Positions 36,732 to 47,157 of a DNA stretch of 64,000 nt are shown here, piece after piece. A program made the translations under genes and the position numbers. The notes under the pieces are model-generated. The model was given only the letters and a program-made list of their open reading frames with translations. It searched no databases and had not been told where the DNA came from. The number at the start of each line of letters is the position of its first letter. Positions within the stretch are counted from its first letter, which is position 1. This stretch comes from an uncultured Candidatus Saccharibacteria bacterium (GTDB taxonomy: Bacteria > Patescibacteriota > Minisyncoccia > Phycocordibacterales > G965230995), in NCBI GenBank assembly GCA_965230995.1, contig OZ246398.1, positions 528,213 through 592,212 of the forward strand, read 5' to 3'.

Positions 36732-37946
36732 ATGTATCAGCCAGAAAAAGAAATACTCGAAAAATACGCTCGGGTGATGGTACGTTATGCTCTCGGCAAA
36801 GGAAAAGGAATTAAAAAAGGCGATACTGTCAGGGTAATTGCAGGCGAAAGCGCAAAACCACTTTTTGTCGAGGTTATAAAAGAAATATACAGAGCAGGTG
36901 GAAATGTTATTTCTTCTTATTTGCCCGATGATGACGAAAAATACAATCTATCAAAGGATTTTTACGATATTGCAAACAAAAAACAAATAAATTTCTTTCC
37001 AGAAAAATATTTTAAAGGTCTAGTCGATTCAATTGACCATAGTATCTTTATCCTATCTGAAACAAACAAAAAATCTCTCGAAGGTGTTCCTCCTAAAAAA
37101 ATAATGCAAAGAGGAATTGCACAGAAGGCCTTCAGGGAAATGCTTGAAGAAAAAGAGAATCGAAAAAAATTTTCTTGGACACTTTGTATGTATGGAACCG
37201 AAGAAATGGCAAGGGAATCAAAGCAATCCTTAAAGAGCTATTGGAATGAAATAATAAAAGCATGTTATCTCGATGTAGATGATCCTGTTAAAAAATGGCA
37301 GGAAATACAAAAAAATACAGCCCAAACAATAAAAAAATTAAACAAGCTAAAAATCGAAAGTGTTCACATAAAAGGTGACGATACAGATTTGCATTTAAAA
37401 ATAGGAGAAAAAAGAAAATGGCTTGGTGGGTCTGGTGCCAATATACCAAGTTTTGAAATATTTATTTCTCCAGATTGGAGAGGTACAAATGGAAAGATAA
37501 GATTTACAGAACCGCTATATCGCTATGGCAATCTAATAGATGGAATTGAACTAGAATTCAAGGACGGCAAAGTAATAAATTCAAAAGCAAAAATCGGAGA
37601 AAAAGTTTTGAAGGAAATGATTGCCACAAAAGATGCAGACAAAGTCGGTGAATTTTCTCTGACTGATGGAAGGGTTTCTAGGATTACAAAGTTTATGGCA
37701 GAAACTCTTTTTGATGAAAACGTCGGAGGAAAATATGGGAATACGCACATTGCCTTAGGTAATGCATACAAAGACAGTTTAGACGGGGATCCATCTAAAC
37801 TGAAAAAGACCGATTGGGACAAACTCGGTTTCAATTCATCTGTTGTTCATACAGATATTGTATCTACTGCAAATAGGGTAGTTACAGCAAAACTAAAAAA
37901 CGGCAAAGAAATAATCCTATACAAAGACGGAAGTTTTGTAATATAG
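36732..37946 (+). CDS. Aminopeptidase, M29 (AmpS/thermophilic metalloprotease) family
   Basis: NIPSFEIFISP, GEFSL, LFDEN..HIALG.AY, SVVHTD. Confidence 0.9.
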   Translation: MYQPEKEILEKYARVMVRYALGKGKGIKKGDTVRVIAGESAKPLFVEVIKEIYRAGGNVISSYLPDDDEKYNLSKDFYDIANKKQINFFPEKYFKGLVDSIDHSIFILSETNKKSLEGVPPKKIMQRGIAQKAFREMLEEKENRKKFSWTLCMYGTEEMARESKQSLKSYWNEIIKACYLDVDDPVKKWQEIQKNTAQTIKKLNKLKIESVHIKGDDTDLHLKIGEKRKWLGGSGANIPSFEIFISPDWRGTNGKIRFTEPLYRYGNLIDGIELEFKDGKVINSKAKIGEKVLKEMIATKDADKVGEFSLTDGRVSRITKFMAETLFDENVGGKYGNTHIALGNAYKDSLDGDPSKLKKTDWDKLGFNSSVVHTDIVSTANRVVTAKLKNGKEIILYKDGSFVI

Positions 37947-37989
37947 ACACATCTTGAGTAAAAGCCATAAAAACGCTATATTTACAGCA

Positions 37990-39765
37990 ATGAAATCACA
38001 AGAAATTCGCAATCGTTTTTTGAAGTTTTTTGAGGAAAATAAGCACGCCATAATTCCGTCGGCTTCTCTTATTCCAGAAAACGACCCATCTGTTTTGTTT
38101 AATACCGCAGGTATGCAACCGCTCGTGCCATATTTGCTTGGTCAAAAGCACCCGCTTGGAACGAGACTTGCTAATGTTCAAAAATGTGTTCGTACAGGAG
38201 ATATTGATGAAATCGGAGACAATACCCACGGTACTTTTTTTGAAATGATGGGAAACTGGTCTCTTGGAGATTATTTCAAAAAAGAAGCAATCAATTGGAG
38301 CTACGAACTTTTGACCGACAAGGAAAAGGGTTTTGGTCTTGATCCACAGAGACTCTATGTGACTTGTTTTGAAGGGGACGAAAACGCTCCAAAGGACATT
38401 GATTCTGAAAAAATCTGGAAGGAAATTTTTGATAAAAATGGTGTTACGGGCGAACGTATTTATTTTATGCCCGCAAAAAATAACTGGTGGAGTCCAGGAG
38501 ACAATGGCCCTTGCGGTCCAGATACAGAAATGTTTTATGATGTAACTGGAAAATTAACTGCCGGATTGACCAAAGAAGAATATTTGCATGCCGATGACAA
38601 ACAAGAAGTTGTTGAGATATGGAACGATGTCTTTATGGAGTACGAGAAAAAAGACGGCAAGGTCATAGGCAAGCTCGCAAAACAAAATGTTGATACAGGT
38701 TCAGGATTTGAACGTGTAGCTATGGTTTTGCAGGGTAAAAATAATATTTTTGATACAGATATTTTTGAGGGTGTAATGAATGTGACTAGAACCCTTGCCT
38801 CAAATGAAAAATCAGCAAGAATAATTGCCGACCATATGCGAACATCTGTGTTTATGATTGCAGATGGTGCAAAACCATCAAATACTGATCAAGGGTATAT
38901 TTTGAGACGCCTTCTTAGACGAGCCGTATTCAATACTGATGCAAAAAAACTTTCAGAGGATGAGGTTAGAAAAATAGTAAATGCAGTTCTTTCATATTAC
39001 GGAAATGTTTATGCGCAAATGGTTGCGGAAACAGAAAACATAATCAAGGTTATATCTGATGAAGCCGACAAATTTGCAAAAACCATAGAAAGAGGTCTAA
39101 AAGAATTTGAAAAACTTTCAGTTGGCAATATATCCGGCCACGATGCTTTTGTTTTGTTTACAAGCTACGGTTTTCCAATTGATATGACAATGGAGCTTGC
39201 AAAAGCAAAGAATATTTCTGTGCACAGAACTGGTTTTGATGAAGAATTCAAAAAACACCAAGATCTATCACGAGTAGGTGCCGAGAAAAAATTCAAAGGG
39301 GGTCTCGCTGGAACCGGTGAAATGGAGACAAAATACCATACAGCAACTCATCTATTAAATGCTTCACTTCGAGCAGTGCTTGGAAATCACATAATGCAAA
39401 AGGGAAGTAATATTACAGCAGAAAGATTGCGTTTTGACTTTGCACATCCAGAAAAAATGACAGATGAACAAAAGAAAAAAGTAGAAGATATGGTAAATGA
39501 TGCAATAAAATCAAATTATCCAGTATCTTGGACAGAAATGCCAATAGAAAAAGCTCGCGAGCTAGGAGCTATTGGTGTCTTTGGTGATAAATACGGAGAA
39601 GTTGTAAAAGTCTATTCTGTGGGCGACGAAAAGACAGGTGTGTTTTCAAGAGAACTTTGTGGTGGTCCACATGTAACAGAAACCGGCACTCTTGGCACGT
39701 TCAAAATTCAAAAAGAAGAAGCAGTTTCTGCAGGGGTTAGGCGCATCAAGGCGGTATTAGAATAA
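37990..39765 (+). CDS. alaS: Alanine--tRNA ligase (short form without C-Ala domain)
   Basis: FNTAGMQP, TFFEMMGN, GPCGP, DTGSGFER, editing HTATH and ELCGGPH; promoter TTGAGT-17-TATATT. Confidence 0.96.
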   Translation: MKSQEIRNRFLKFFEENKHAIIPSASLIPENDPSVLFNTAGMQPLVPYLLGQKHPLGTRLANVQKCVRTGDIDEIGDNTHGTFFEMMGNWSLGDYFKKEAINWSYELLTDKEKGFGLDPQRLYVTCFEGDENAPKDIDSEKIWKEIFDKNGVTGERIYFMPAKNNWWSPGDNGPCGPDTEMFYDVTGKLTAGLTKEEYLHADDKQEVVEIWNDVFMEYEKKDGKVIGKLAKQNVDTGSGFERVAMVLQGKNNIFDTDIFEGVMNVTRTLASNEKSARIIADHMRTSVFMIADGAKPSNTDQGYILRRLLRRAVFNTDAKKLSEDEVRKIVNAVLSYYGNVYAQMVAETENIIKVISDEADKFAKTIERGLKEFEKLSVGNISGHDAFVLFTSYGFPIDMTMELAKAKNISVHRTGFDEEFKKHQDLSRVGAEKKFKGGLAGTGEMETKYHTATHLLNASLRAVLGNHIMQKGSNITAERLRFDFAHPEKMTDEQKKKVEDMVNDAIKSNYPVSWTEMPIEKARELGAIGVFGDKYGEVVKVYSVGDEKTGVFSRELCGGPHVTETGTLGTFKIQKEEAVSAGVRRIKAVLE

Positions 39766-39809
39766 TATTCCTTTAATATTTTTTGTGTAGATGGTATAAT
39801 TTGTCTACA

Positions 39810-40985
39810 ATGTTTCTTTTCAAGTCAAAATTGAAAGAAAAAGCAGAGCTTGTTTTTGACGTGGGCAGTGGAAGCGTGGCTCTTGCTTTGGTGACTAAAA
39901 AAAATACAAATTCAAAACCAAAGGTTTTGTGGTATGAAATATTGGCAGTAAAGGAATCTCCGGCAGGCGATGAAAAAAGGGAATTAAAAAAGGTTTTCTT
40001 GATACTATCAAAAAAGTTTTTTCCTGAAATTAAAAAGTTTTCAGACTATAAAATAACAGATGCCCATATTATATTTTCTGCTCCTTGGTATGTATCCGAA
40101 GCACGGAAAATCAATATAGCTTATGGTTCTCCTAAAATTATTCTTGCCGAGGACATTGCAAAAGAACTCCAAAGAGTCGCAGACGATTTAGACGAAAGGA
40201 CAAAGAAAAAAACTTCCCTTGCACGACACATCTTTTCAAATGATGCCAGGGTTGTTGAAAAAGTAATTCTAAATACAGAAATAAACGGCTATCGAATAGA
40301 TGACCCAATTGGAAAAAGTGTCAAAGAATTATCAATGGACTTATTTCTGAGCGTCTCCCCAAAGGATTTGTGCGAATCATTATCCAGCATAATTTTGAAT
40401 GAAATTGTGAGATGTAATATCTCAATTCATTCCTTTCCAATGGCACACGCAACTGTTTTGTCTTTGGGCGATGAACACAATGACACGATTCTTATAGATA
40501 TGTCTGGAACGACAACAGATATCACAAAAGTTTCTAACGGTTCAATTACAGATTCCGTCCATTTGCCGATGGGAAAGCGAGATTTAATCAGAACTCTCTC
40601 CAAAGAAATGTCTGTTGATACATTTTTGGCAGAAAGCCTCCTTAGGCTTTACTCTTCTAGCACTTTATCGAATAGAGAAATGGCTGATATTGATTTTATT
40701 CTCAAAGACACAGAGTTACTGTGGAAAAAATTAGTCCTAGAAACTATCCAAAAGATGCAAACAAATGGATATAGATGTTCATCTTATATTCTTTCTGCAG
40801 ACGATGATGTTGTAGTCCATTTAAATCATTCACTCGAAAGTATTCTCAAAAATGACAACAATGAATTACATTGTGCCACATCTGTAAAGACTATTTCAAA
40901 TTATACTGAACAGGTAGATTTTTCTCTCGTTCTAAAGAAAGACCCGTTTATTGCCCTAGAAGCGTTATACGTAACAAGTTATTAA
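39810..40985 (+). CDS. Divergent FtsA/PilM-like actin-fold protein
   Basis: VFDVGSGSV and LIDMSGTTTDI phosphate-loop motifs; INGY; ILSADD replaces LxGG. Confidence 0.6.
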   Translation: MFLFKSKLKEKAELVFDVGSGSVALALVTKKNTNSKPKVLWYEILAVKESPAGDEKRELKKVFLILSKKFFPEIKKFSDYKITDAHIIFSAPWYVSEARKINIAYGSPKIILAEDIAKELQRVADDLDERTKKKTSLARHIFSNDARVVEKVILNTEINGYRIDDPIGKSVKELSMDLFLSVSPKDLCESLSSIILNEIVRCNISIHSFPMAHATVLSLGDEHNDTILIDMSGTTTDITKVSNGSITDSVHLPMGKRDLIRTLSKEMSVDTFLAESLLRLYSSSTLSNREMADIDFILKDTELLWKKLVLETIQKMQTNGYRCSSYILSADDDVVVHLNHSLESILKNDNNELHCATSVKTISNYTEQVDFSLVLKKDPFIALEALYVTSY

Positions 40986-41030
40986 TTTGCGAAAAGATTT
41001 TTTTGATATTAAAATTGATTAGTAAAGCTT

Positions 41031-42362
41031 ATGACAAAAAAAGTTATTCAAGACGTAGTGCCACCAGGAGAAAAAAAGGGCATCAGAAACATTCCTGTTC
41101 CTGATAGGACGCTCCGTTCCAGATTCGTGTCTCGAGTCAAAGCAGATCATTCAAACGAGGATGAAGCCGAAGAAGAAACCTCTGACGATAATTTTGAACA
41201 TGGCAGGAAAGCTCCAAACGAAAGAGTATCAAAATCAAAGGCACCTCTAGTTCTGTCCCTCGTAATTATATTGCTTGTAATTGCATTTTTTGTTGCAAAT
41301 ATGTTTGGTAGTACGACTGTAAAGATAGTAAGACACAGCGTCATCGGGAACTATAGTAATGAATTAATTGTCATAGATTATGGTGGAGAAAATTCTGTTG
41401 CAAAACCCTTGTCTATAGATATAACCGCATCAGAAAAAGTTCAGGCAACCGAAGAAGAAACAATAAAGACCAAAGCCTCAGGAAAAATAATCATTTACAA
41501 TGATTTCAGTAGCGACTCTCAAAAACTCATAAAAAACACAAGATTCGAGGCTTCAAACAAAAAAATATACAGAATCAATGACTCAGTTGTTGTACCAGGC
41601 CAGAAAAAAGTAAATGGCAAAAATGTTCCAGGTAGCCTCGAGGTTACAGTCTATGCAGATGCCGAAGGAGAAGAATTCAACATAGAAATGTCTGATTTGA
41701 CCATTCCGGGTTTCAAGGGTACATCAAGATATAATGCGATCTATGCTAGAACCAAGACAGCAATCTCTGGTGGTTTTAACGGCACCATAAAAAAAGTTTC
41801 TTCTGAAATAGGTGCTTCCGCAAAGCTAAAAATGCAAAAGCAAATTGAAGAAAAAATGACTAACGAAATCAATTCTTCAATTCCAGAAAATTACATATTC
41901 TTTTTGCCTCTCGCAAAAATTACATATAGCGAATTACCACAAACTGAAGTTACAGCAGATTCTGTGACTTTGAACCTCAGAGCAAAAATAGATGTTCCAG
42001 TTTTCTCGAAAGAAGCCCTTGCAAGAACTCTCGCAAAAAAATATGTTGACCTGGAATTATCAAAAGACAACCCATTTGTTTTTGATGTAAATACTCTTGA
42101 ATATTCAACTCCATCAGTAGAGGAATCTTCTGGTAAAAAAACACTTTCTTTCAAGACAAATGGCAGTGTCAGAATAATGTGGCCTGTCGACGAAGTTTTG
42201 CTCAAGGCAAAAATAGCTGGTTCAAAGAGAAATGATATAGCCGATATATTTTCTGAACATAAAACGATAAGCAAGGCAAAGGCCTATGTTAAGCCATTTT
42301 GGAAGTCTTCATTTAACAGTGACGTAAAAGAGATTAAAATTGAATTCGTAGATGAACTGTAG
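41031..42362 (+). CDS. Single-TM protein with baseplate J/gp47-like extracellular domain
   Basis: TM at about aa 73-90; KASGKIIIYN, TRF, VVVPG, V.VYAD..GEEFNI, SGG motifs. Confidence 0.6.
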   Translation: MTKKVIQDVVPPGEKKGIRNIPVPDRTLRSRFVSRVKADHSNEDEAEEETSDDNFEHGRKAPNERVSKSKAPLVLSLVIILLVIAFFVANMFGSTTVKIVRHSVIGNYSNELIVIDYGGENSVAKPLSIDITASEKVQATEEETIKTKASGKIIIYNDFSSDSQKLIKNTRFEASNKKIYRINDSVVVPGQKKVNGKNVPGSLEVTVYADAEGEEFNIEMSDLTIPGFKGTSRYNAIYARTKTAISGGFNGTIKKVSSEIGASAKLKMQKQIEEKMTNEINSSIPENYIFFLPLAKITYSELPQTEVTADSVTLNLRAKIDVPVFSKEALARTLAKKYVDLELSKDNPFVFDVNTLEYSTPSVEESSGKKTLSFKTNGSVRIMWPVDEVLLKAKIAGSKRNDIADIFSEHKTISKAKAYVKPFWKSSFNSDVKEIKIEFVDEL

Positions 42363-42433
42363 TGCAAAAATACAGTTGACTAAAAGCCTTAATATCTGCT
42401 ATTATATCACGCGCTTGCTATTTTAAATAATAA

Positions 42434-42649
42434 ATGAACGAAACAAAGGAAAAAGCAGTCGTCGCCACAGTTATCGAAGCTCTCCCAAACGCTATGTTTC
42501 GATGTGTAATCGAAAAGAGCGGAGAAGAGTTGCTCACATTCCTTTCAGGTAAAATGAGGTTGCATCGCATCCGAGTTTTGCTTGGAGACAAGGTAGAAGT
42601 TGAGCTAGATCCATATGGTGGCAAAGGACGAATTATTAGAAGGCTATAA
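42434..42649 (+). CDS. infA: Translation initiation factor IF-1
   Basis: [22 protein letters not shown]. Confidence 0.96.
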   Translation: MNETKEKAVVATVIEALPNAMFRCVIEKSGEELLTFLSGKMRLHRIRVLLGDKVEVELDPYGGKGRIIRRL

Positions 42650-42654
42650 ACAAC

Positions 42655-42771
42655 ATGAAAGTTAAAGCATCAGTTAAAACAATCTGCCCAAAATGCAAGG
42701 TCGTGCGAAGAAAAGGGTATGTGTACGTCGTCTGCAAGGGGGACGCAAGACATAAGCAAAGACAAGGATAG
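42655..42771 (+). CDS. rpmJ: 50S ribosomal protein L36 (absent from the ORF track)
   Basis: Translated by hand: [38 protein letters not shown]. Confidence 0.96.
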   Translation: MKVKASVKTICPKCKVVRRKGYVYVVCKGDARHKQRQG

Positions 42772-42820
42772 GTCTTGATTTTTTTGTTATTTTTAGTATG
42801 CTATCTCGAATATATTAATT

Positions 42821-43201
42821 ATGAGAATTTTGGGAATCACATTGCCGGAAGAAAAGAGAATGGATATCGCGCTAACAGCGATTTATGGTATTGGTCGTCC
42901 TCGAGCTAAAAAAATATTAGACGAGGCAAAAGTAGAGCCTTCAAAGAGACCAAAAGATGTAACAGCTTCAGAGGAAAACGCCATCAGAGCACTTGTTGAA
43001 TCAATCAAGCTCGAAGGTGACCTCAAGAGAGAGATATCTCAGAACATAAAAAGATTAAAAGATATCAAAGCTTACCGAGGCATAAGACACATCAAAGGTT
43101 TGCCAGTAAGGGGCCAGAGAACAAAAACAAATTCCCGAACAAGAAGAGGAAATACCCGAAAGACTATGGGAACAGGACGAAAAATAGCTGATAAGAAATA
43201 G
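42821..43201 (+). CDS. rpsM: 30S ribosomal protein S13
   Basis: IALTAIYGIG, YRGIRH..GLPVRGQRTKTN. Confidence 0.98.
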   Translation: MRILGITLPEEKRMDIALTAIYGIGRPRAKKILDEAKVEPSKRPKDVTASEENAIRALVESIKLEGDLKREISQNIKRLKDIKAYRGIRHIKGLPVRGQRTKTNSRTRRGNTRKTMGTGRKIADKK

Positions 43202-43210
43202 CAATAATAT

Positions 43211-43642
43211 ATGGGAAAAAAACGAATTGTAACAAATAAAGGAAACGGCTCTGGCGATGATCAGCCAAAGAAGCAATCTCTCTCTTCAAAAAAGAGAGTA
43301 GACGTTGGTGTTCTTGCTATTGAATCTACATACAACAACACAAAGGCTGTTCTTACTGATACAAAAGGAAATACACTTTCTTGGTCTTCATCTGGTGCTC
43401 TAGGATTTAAGGGTGCAAAAAAAGGAACACCATTTGCTGCTGCAAAAATCGGCGAAGTCCTTGCAGAAAAAGCAGAAGGTATGGGACTAAAAGATGTTCA
43501 TGTAATTATTAGAGGTGTGGGATCAGGTAGAGAGTCAGTGGTTCGAGGATTCATTTCCAAGGGCTTCAATATTATTTCTATGAAAGACACGACTCCAGTT
43601 CCACATAACGGCCCAAAGCCACCAAAGCCAAGACGAGTCTAA
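43211..43642 (+). CDS. rpsK: 30S ribosomal protein S11
   Basis: STYNNT, GFKGAKKGTPFAA, DTTPVPHNG. Confidence 0.98.
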   Translation: MGKKRIVTNKGNGSGDDQPKKQSLSSKKRVDVGVLAIESTYNNTKAVLTDTKGNTLSWSSSGALGFKGAKKGTPFAAAKIGEVLAEKAEGMGLKDVHVIIRGVGSGRESVVRGFISKGFNIISMKDTTPVPHNGPKPPKPRRV

Positions 43643-43666
43643 TCAGTATAATTCTTAAAAAACTTT

Positions 43667-44278
43667 ATGATCATCAAGGGAAAATACAGAATAGCGCGTC
43701 GATTGGGCGCTCCAATATTTGAAAAAACACAAACACAAAAGTTTGCTCTTTCTTCACAGCGAAAACTAAAAGCAAAAAAACAGGGTAAACCAAAGCAAAA
43801 GACAGACTACGGAATGCAGTTTAATGAAAAGCAAAAAGCTAGATTTACATACATTGTAAACGAAAGACAATTTAACAATTACGTTACAGAAGCCCTTGCA
43901 GAAAAAGGAAAATCTACTCAGATTCTTTTTGAAAAACTTGAACTACGACTCGATAACGTCATCGCTAGACTTGGTATTGCAAAGACAAGACTACATGCAA
44001 GACAAATCGTGAGCCATGGTCATATAAAAGTAAACGGCAGAAAAGTAGACGTCCCATCATATCACCTTAGAGTTGGAGACAAAATATCAATCAGACAGGG
44101 AAGCCTTTCAAAAGCACTTTTCGCGAATCTTACAGAAAGACTTGCTGAAACAAAATCCCCTTCATGGATTAAATTCAACGTCGAGAAAAACGAAGGAGAA
44201 GTTCTCGGAATGCCAAAGCTCGAAGGAGAAGAGCTTATGTTCAATCTCGGTGCAGTTATAGAGTTTTATAGCCGATAA
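43667..44278 (+). CDS. rpsD: 30S ribosomal protein S4
   Basis: EKQKAR, LELRLDNV, ARQIVSHGH, IEFYSR. Confidence 0.98.
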   Translation: MIIKGKYRIARRLGAPIFEKTQTQKFALSSQRKLKAKKQGKPKQKTDYGMQFNEKQKARFTYIVNERQFNNYVTEALAEKGKSTQILFEKLELRLDNVIARLGIAKTRLHARQIVSHGHIKVNGRKVDVPSYHLRVGDKISIRQGSLSKALFANLTERLAETKSPSWIKFNVEKNEGEVLGMPKLEGEELMFNLGAVIEFYSR

Positions 44279-44305
44279 TAAATAATTAATAACAAATTAA
44301 AAGCT

Positions 44306-45265
44306 ATGCTAGATCATAAAATAGTTTTACCTTCGAAGCCAAAGGTTATCTCCGAGAAAGACTTCAAAGGAACATACGAGATTGACGGACTTTATCCGGG
44401 ATATGGACACACACTCGGAAACTCACTTCGAAGGATTATTCTTTCGTCGCTTGAGGGTTCTGCAATTACATCAGTAAAAATCGATGGTGTATCGCATGAA
44501 TTTTCTGTACTCGACGGTGTCAAAGAAGACGTTGTTACTTTGATACTTAATCTAAAGAAGGTTCGAATGAAGATTCTTACTGACGAACCTCAGACAATCG
44601 AAATAAAAGCAAAAGGTCCAACAGTTGTTACTGCTGGAGATATTATCGTTCCAGGTCAGGTAGAAATACTTAACCCAGAATTGGTAATTGCAAACGTAAC
44701 TGGAAAAGTTACATTGTCAATCGAAATGAGGGCAGAAAAAGGACTTGGATATATTTCAAAGGAAATTCTAGAAAAGAACAGAGTAGATATCGGTGAAATT
44801 ACTCTTGATGCAAGCTTTACTCCAATAAGAAGAGTGAACTACGAAGTCGAGAATATGCGAGTAGGAGATCGAACAGATTTCAACCGACTAAGATTTTTCC
44901 TCGAGACTGACGGAACTCTTTCTCCAAAAGAAGCTCTAGAAAAATCAATTCAGATAATGATAGGACAGCTAAAGGCTATCGTTGGTTTTGAAGAAGAAGC
45001 CCCTGTCGTATCAGAAGACAAAAAAGAAGAATCAGTAGACGAAGAATCAGAAGAAGTAGACACAGAAGTTTTGAAAACAAGAATAGAAAGCCTCGATCTT
45101 TCATCTAGAACTATGAATGCTTTAACAGGAGCAAACATAAGAACAGTTGGAGGACTTGCTAGAAAGAAAGAATCAGACATCCTTTCTATTGACGGCTTGG
45201 GAAATAAAGGACTCGAAGAAATAAAAGAAGTTTTGAAAAACCTTGGCGTTACACTCAAAGACTAA
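44306..45265 (+). CDS. rpoA: RNA polymerase subunit alpha
   Basis: GYGHTLGNSLRRIILSS, HEFS..GVKEDV, alpha-CTD LDLSSRTMNAL. Confidence 0.98.
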   Translation: MLDHKIVLPSKPKVISEKDFKGTYEIDGLYPGYGHTLGNSLRRIILSSLEGSAITSVKIDGVSHEFSVLDGVKEDVVTLILNLKKVRMKILTDEPQTIEIKAKGPTVVTAGDIIVPGQVEILNPELVIANVTGKVTLSIEMRAEKGLGYISKEILEKNRVDIGEITLDASFTPIRRVNYEVENMRVGDRTDFNRLRFFLETDGTLSPKEALEKSIQIMIGQLKAIVGFEEEAPVVSEDKKEESVDEESEEVDTEVLKTRIESLDLSSRTMNALTGANIRTVGGLARKKESDILSIDGLGNKGLEEIKEVLKNLGVTLKD

Positions 45266-45280
45266 TTTAACAACACAAAC

Positions 45281-45628
45281 ATGAATCATCACAATTCAGT
45301 ACGAAAATTCGGAAGGCCAATGGCACAGAGGAAAGCTCTCCTCAATTCTTTGGCGCGCTCTCTTGTTATCTACGGAAAAATCGAAACAAGCGAAGCCAAG
45401 GCAAAATCTCTTAGATCATTTGTTGAAAAAATGATTACAAGAGCAAAGTCATCTTCTTTGTCCGTAACGAGAGATATTGCGGTGATGGTCGGAGACGATG
45501 CAGAAAAAATTGTCAGAGAAAAAATAGCACCAAAATACAAAGAACGAAACGGTGGCTATACAAGAATTATTAAAATGCCTCAGACCAGAACAGATGCAAG
45601 CAAGCAGGCAATAATAGAATTTGTTTAG
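45281..45628 (+). CDS. rplQ: 50S ribosomal protein L17
   Basis: KFGR..QRKALL, ERNGGYTRIIK. Confidence 0.97.
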   Translation: MNHHNSVRKFGRPMAQRKALLNSLARSLVIYGKIETSEAKAKSLRSFVEKMITRAKSSSLSVTRDIAVMVGDDAEKIVREKIAPKYKERNGGYTRIIKMPQTRTDASKQAIIEFV

Positions 45629-45667
45629 TTGCAAATTAAGACTCATTAAGGTAATCTACAGACGACA

Positions 45668-46021
45668 ATGAAAACCACCAAACATACAATTGATGCAAAG
45701 GGAAAGAAGCTCGGCAGAATTGCAACCGAGGCGGCTACTTACCTTATGGGAAAAAATGATGCTGACTTTGTTAGAAATAAAGTTATGGGTGCAGAAGTAC
45801 ACATCACAAATGCATCTCTTGCGGATATCTCAGAAAAGAAGCTTTCAGAAAAAATCTACAAACGATACTCTGGTTTTGCTAGTGGTCTAAAGAAGACTCC
45901 AATGAACAGAAAAATAGAAGAAAAAGGATATTCAGAAATATTCCGAATTGCTGTTAAGGGTATGCTTCCAAAAAATAGACTACAAGCAGAAATGTTAAAG
46001 AGATTAACAATATCAGAATAG
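45668..46021 (+). CDS. rplM: 50S ribosomal protein L13
   Basis: IDAKGKKLGRIAT, AVKGMLPKN. Confidence 0.96.
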   Translation: MKTTKHTIDAKGKKLGRIATEAATYLMGKNDADFVRNKVMGAEVHITNASLADISEKKLSEKIYKRYSGFASGLKKTPMNRKIEEKGYSEIFRIAVKGMLPKNRLQAEMLKRLTISE

Positions 46022-46023
46022 TT

Positions 46024-46434
46024 ATGCCAACCAAGACAACAACAAAAAAATATATCGAAGCAGTCGGAAGACGAAAGACTTCTATTGCGCGTGTCAGAAT
46101 CACAGAAGCTTCAAAGAATACATTTTCAATAAATAACAGAGATGTAAAAGATTTCTTTCCAACAGAAGAACTTCAGCTCATTGCAACCGAAGCTATAACA
46201 AAAACAGAAGTTCCTTCAAAATTTGCAGTTTCAGTAATGGTAAAAGGTGGAGGTGTACACGGTCAGGCAGAGGCCATAAGACACGGAATTGGTAGAGCTC
46301 TAGCATCATATGATATAGAACTTCGAAAACCTCTAAAGAAAGCGGGTTTCCTAAAACGAGATCCTCGTTCAAAGGAAAGAAAGAAATTCGGACTCAAAGC
46401 TGCTCGAAAATCTCCACAGTGGAGCAAACGATAA
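46024..46434 (+). CDS. rpsI: 30S ribosomal protein S9
   Basis: GRRKTSIARV, GGG..GQAEA, ERKKFGL..PQWSKR. Confidence 0.98.
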   Translation: MPTKTTTKKYIEAVGRRKTSIARVRITEASKNTFSINNRDVKDFFPTEELQLIATEAITKTEVPSKFAVSVMVKGGGVHGQAEAIRHGIGRALASYDIELRKPLKKAGFLKRDPRSKERKKFGLKAARKSPQWSKR

Positions 46435-46442
46435 AAAAGCAG

Positions 46443-46477
46443 AGACCCGCGAAGGCGGGTTTTTGTTTTGTTTTTTT
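46443..46477 (+). terminator. Intrinsic terminator after rpsI
   Basis: ACCCGC-gaag-GCGGGT followed by T-runs. Confidence 0.85.
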
Positions 46478-46521
46478 ATGATATAATCTCAAAAAATTAT
46501 CAGTTAATTATTTAATCAGTT

Positions 46522-47091
46522 ATGCCAGAAGAAGAAACAAAAAAAGAGGAAAAAGAAGAGTCAGATGATGTCGTTTATGATAACGACAATGATTCTGATC
46601 AATCTGACCAAATACAAAAAATAAAGAAACTGAAAAAAGAAATAGAGAGTGTAAAAAAGGAAAAGACAGATCTGCTTTTTGAATTACAAAAAGCAAAAGC
46701 TGACTTTATTAATATGCGAAAACGCGATGAAGACCATCTTCGTGATATGGTCAAATTCGCAGGAAGTAATATTATTTCTGATCTAATACCGGTATTAGAT
46801 AGTTTTGATATGGCCTTTTCAAATAAAGAAGCCTGGGAAAAAGCACCAAAGGATTGGAGAGTTGGCGTTGAATATATATTCAATCAATTACACTCAGTAC
46901 TTCAAAATAATGGAGTTACCGTAATAGACAAGATTGGTGTTGATTTTGACACCTCTCTACACGAAGCTGTTGAAAATGTAGAGGTAGAAAAGAAGGATGA
47001 CCATAAAATAATAGCTGTTATACAAAAAGGGTATAAGCTAGGCGATAGGTTGATACGTCCAGCAAAAGTCAAGGTAGGTATTTCAAAATAG
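46522..47091 (+). CDS. grpE: Nucleotide exchange factor GrpE
   Basis: ADFIN.RKR, LIPVLDSF, HEAV, QKGY..RLIRPAKV. Confidence 0.96.
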   Translation: MPEEETKKEEKEESDDVVYDNDNDSDQSDQIQKIKKLKKEIESVKKEKTDLLFELQKAKADFINMRKRDEDHLRDMVKFAGSNIISDLIPVLDSFDMAFSNKEAWEKAPKDWRVGVEYIFNQLHSVLQNNGVTVIDKIGVDFDTSLHEAVENVEVEKKDDHKIIAVIQKGYKLGDRLIRPAKVKVGISK

Positions 47092-47157
47092 CCTTGAACT
47101 TTTTTCTCAATATCATAGAATATTGTCATAATAATTTAACAGTTAAGAAAATTTCAT

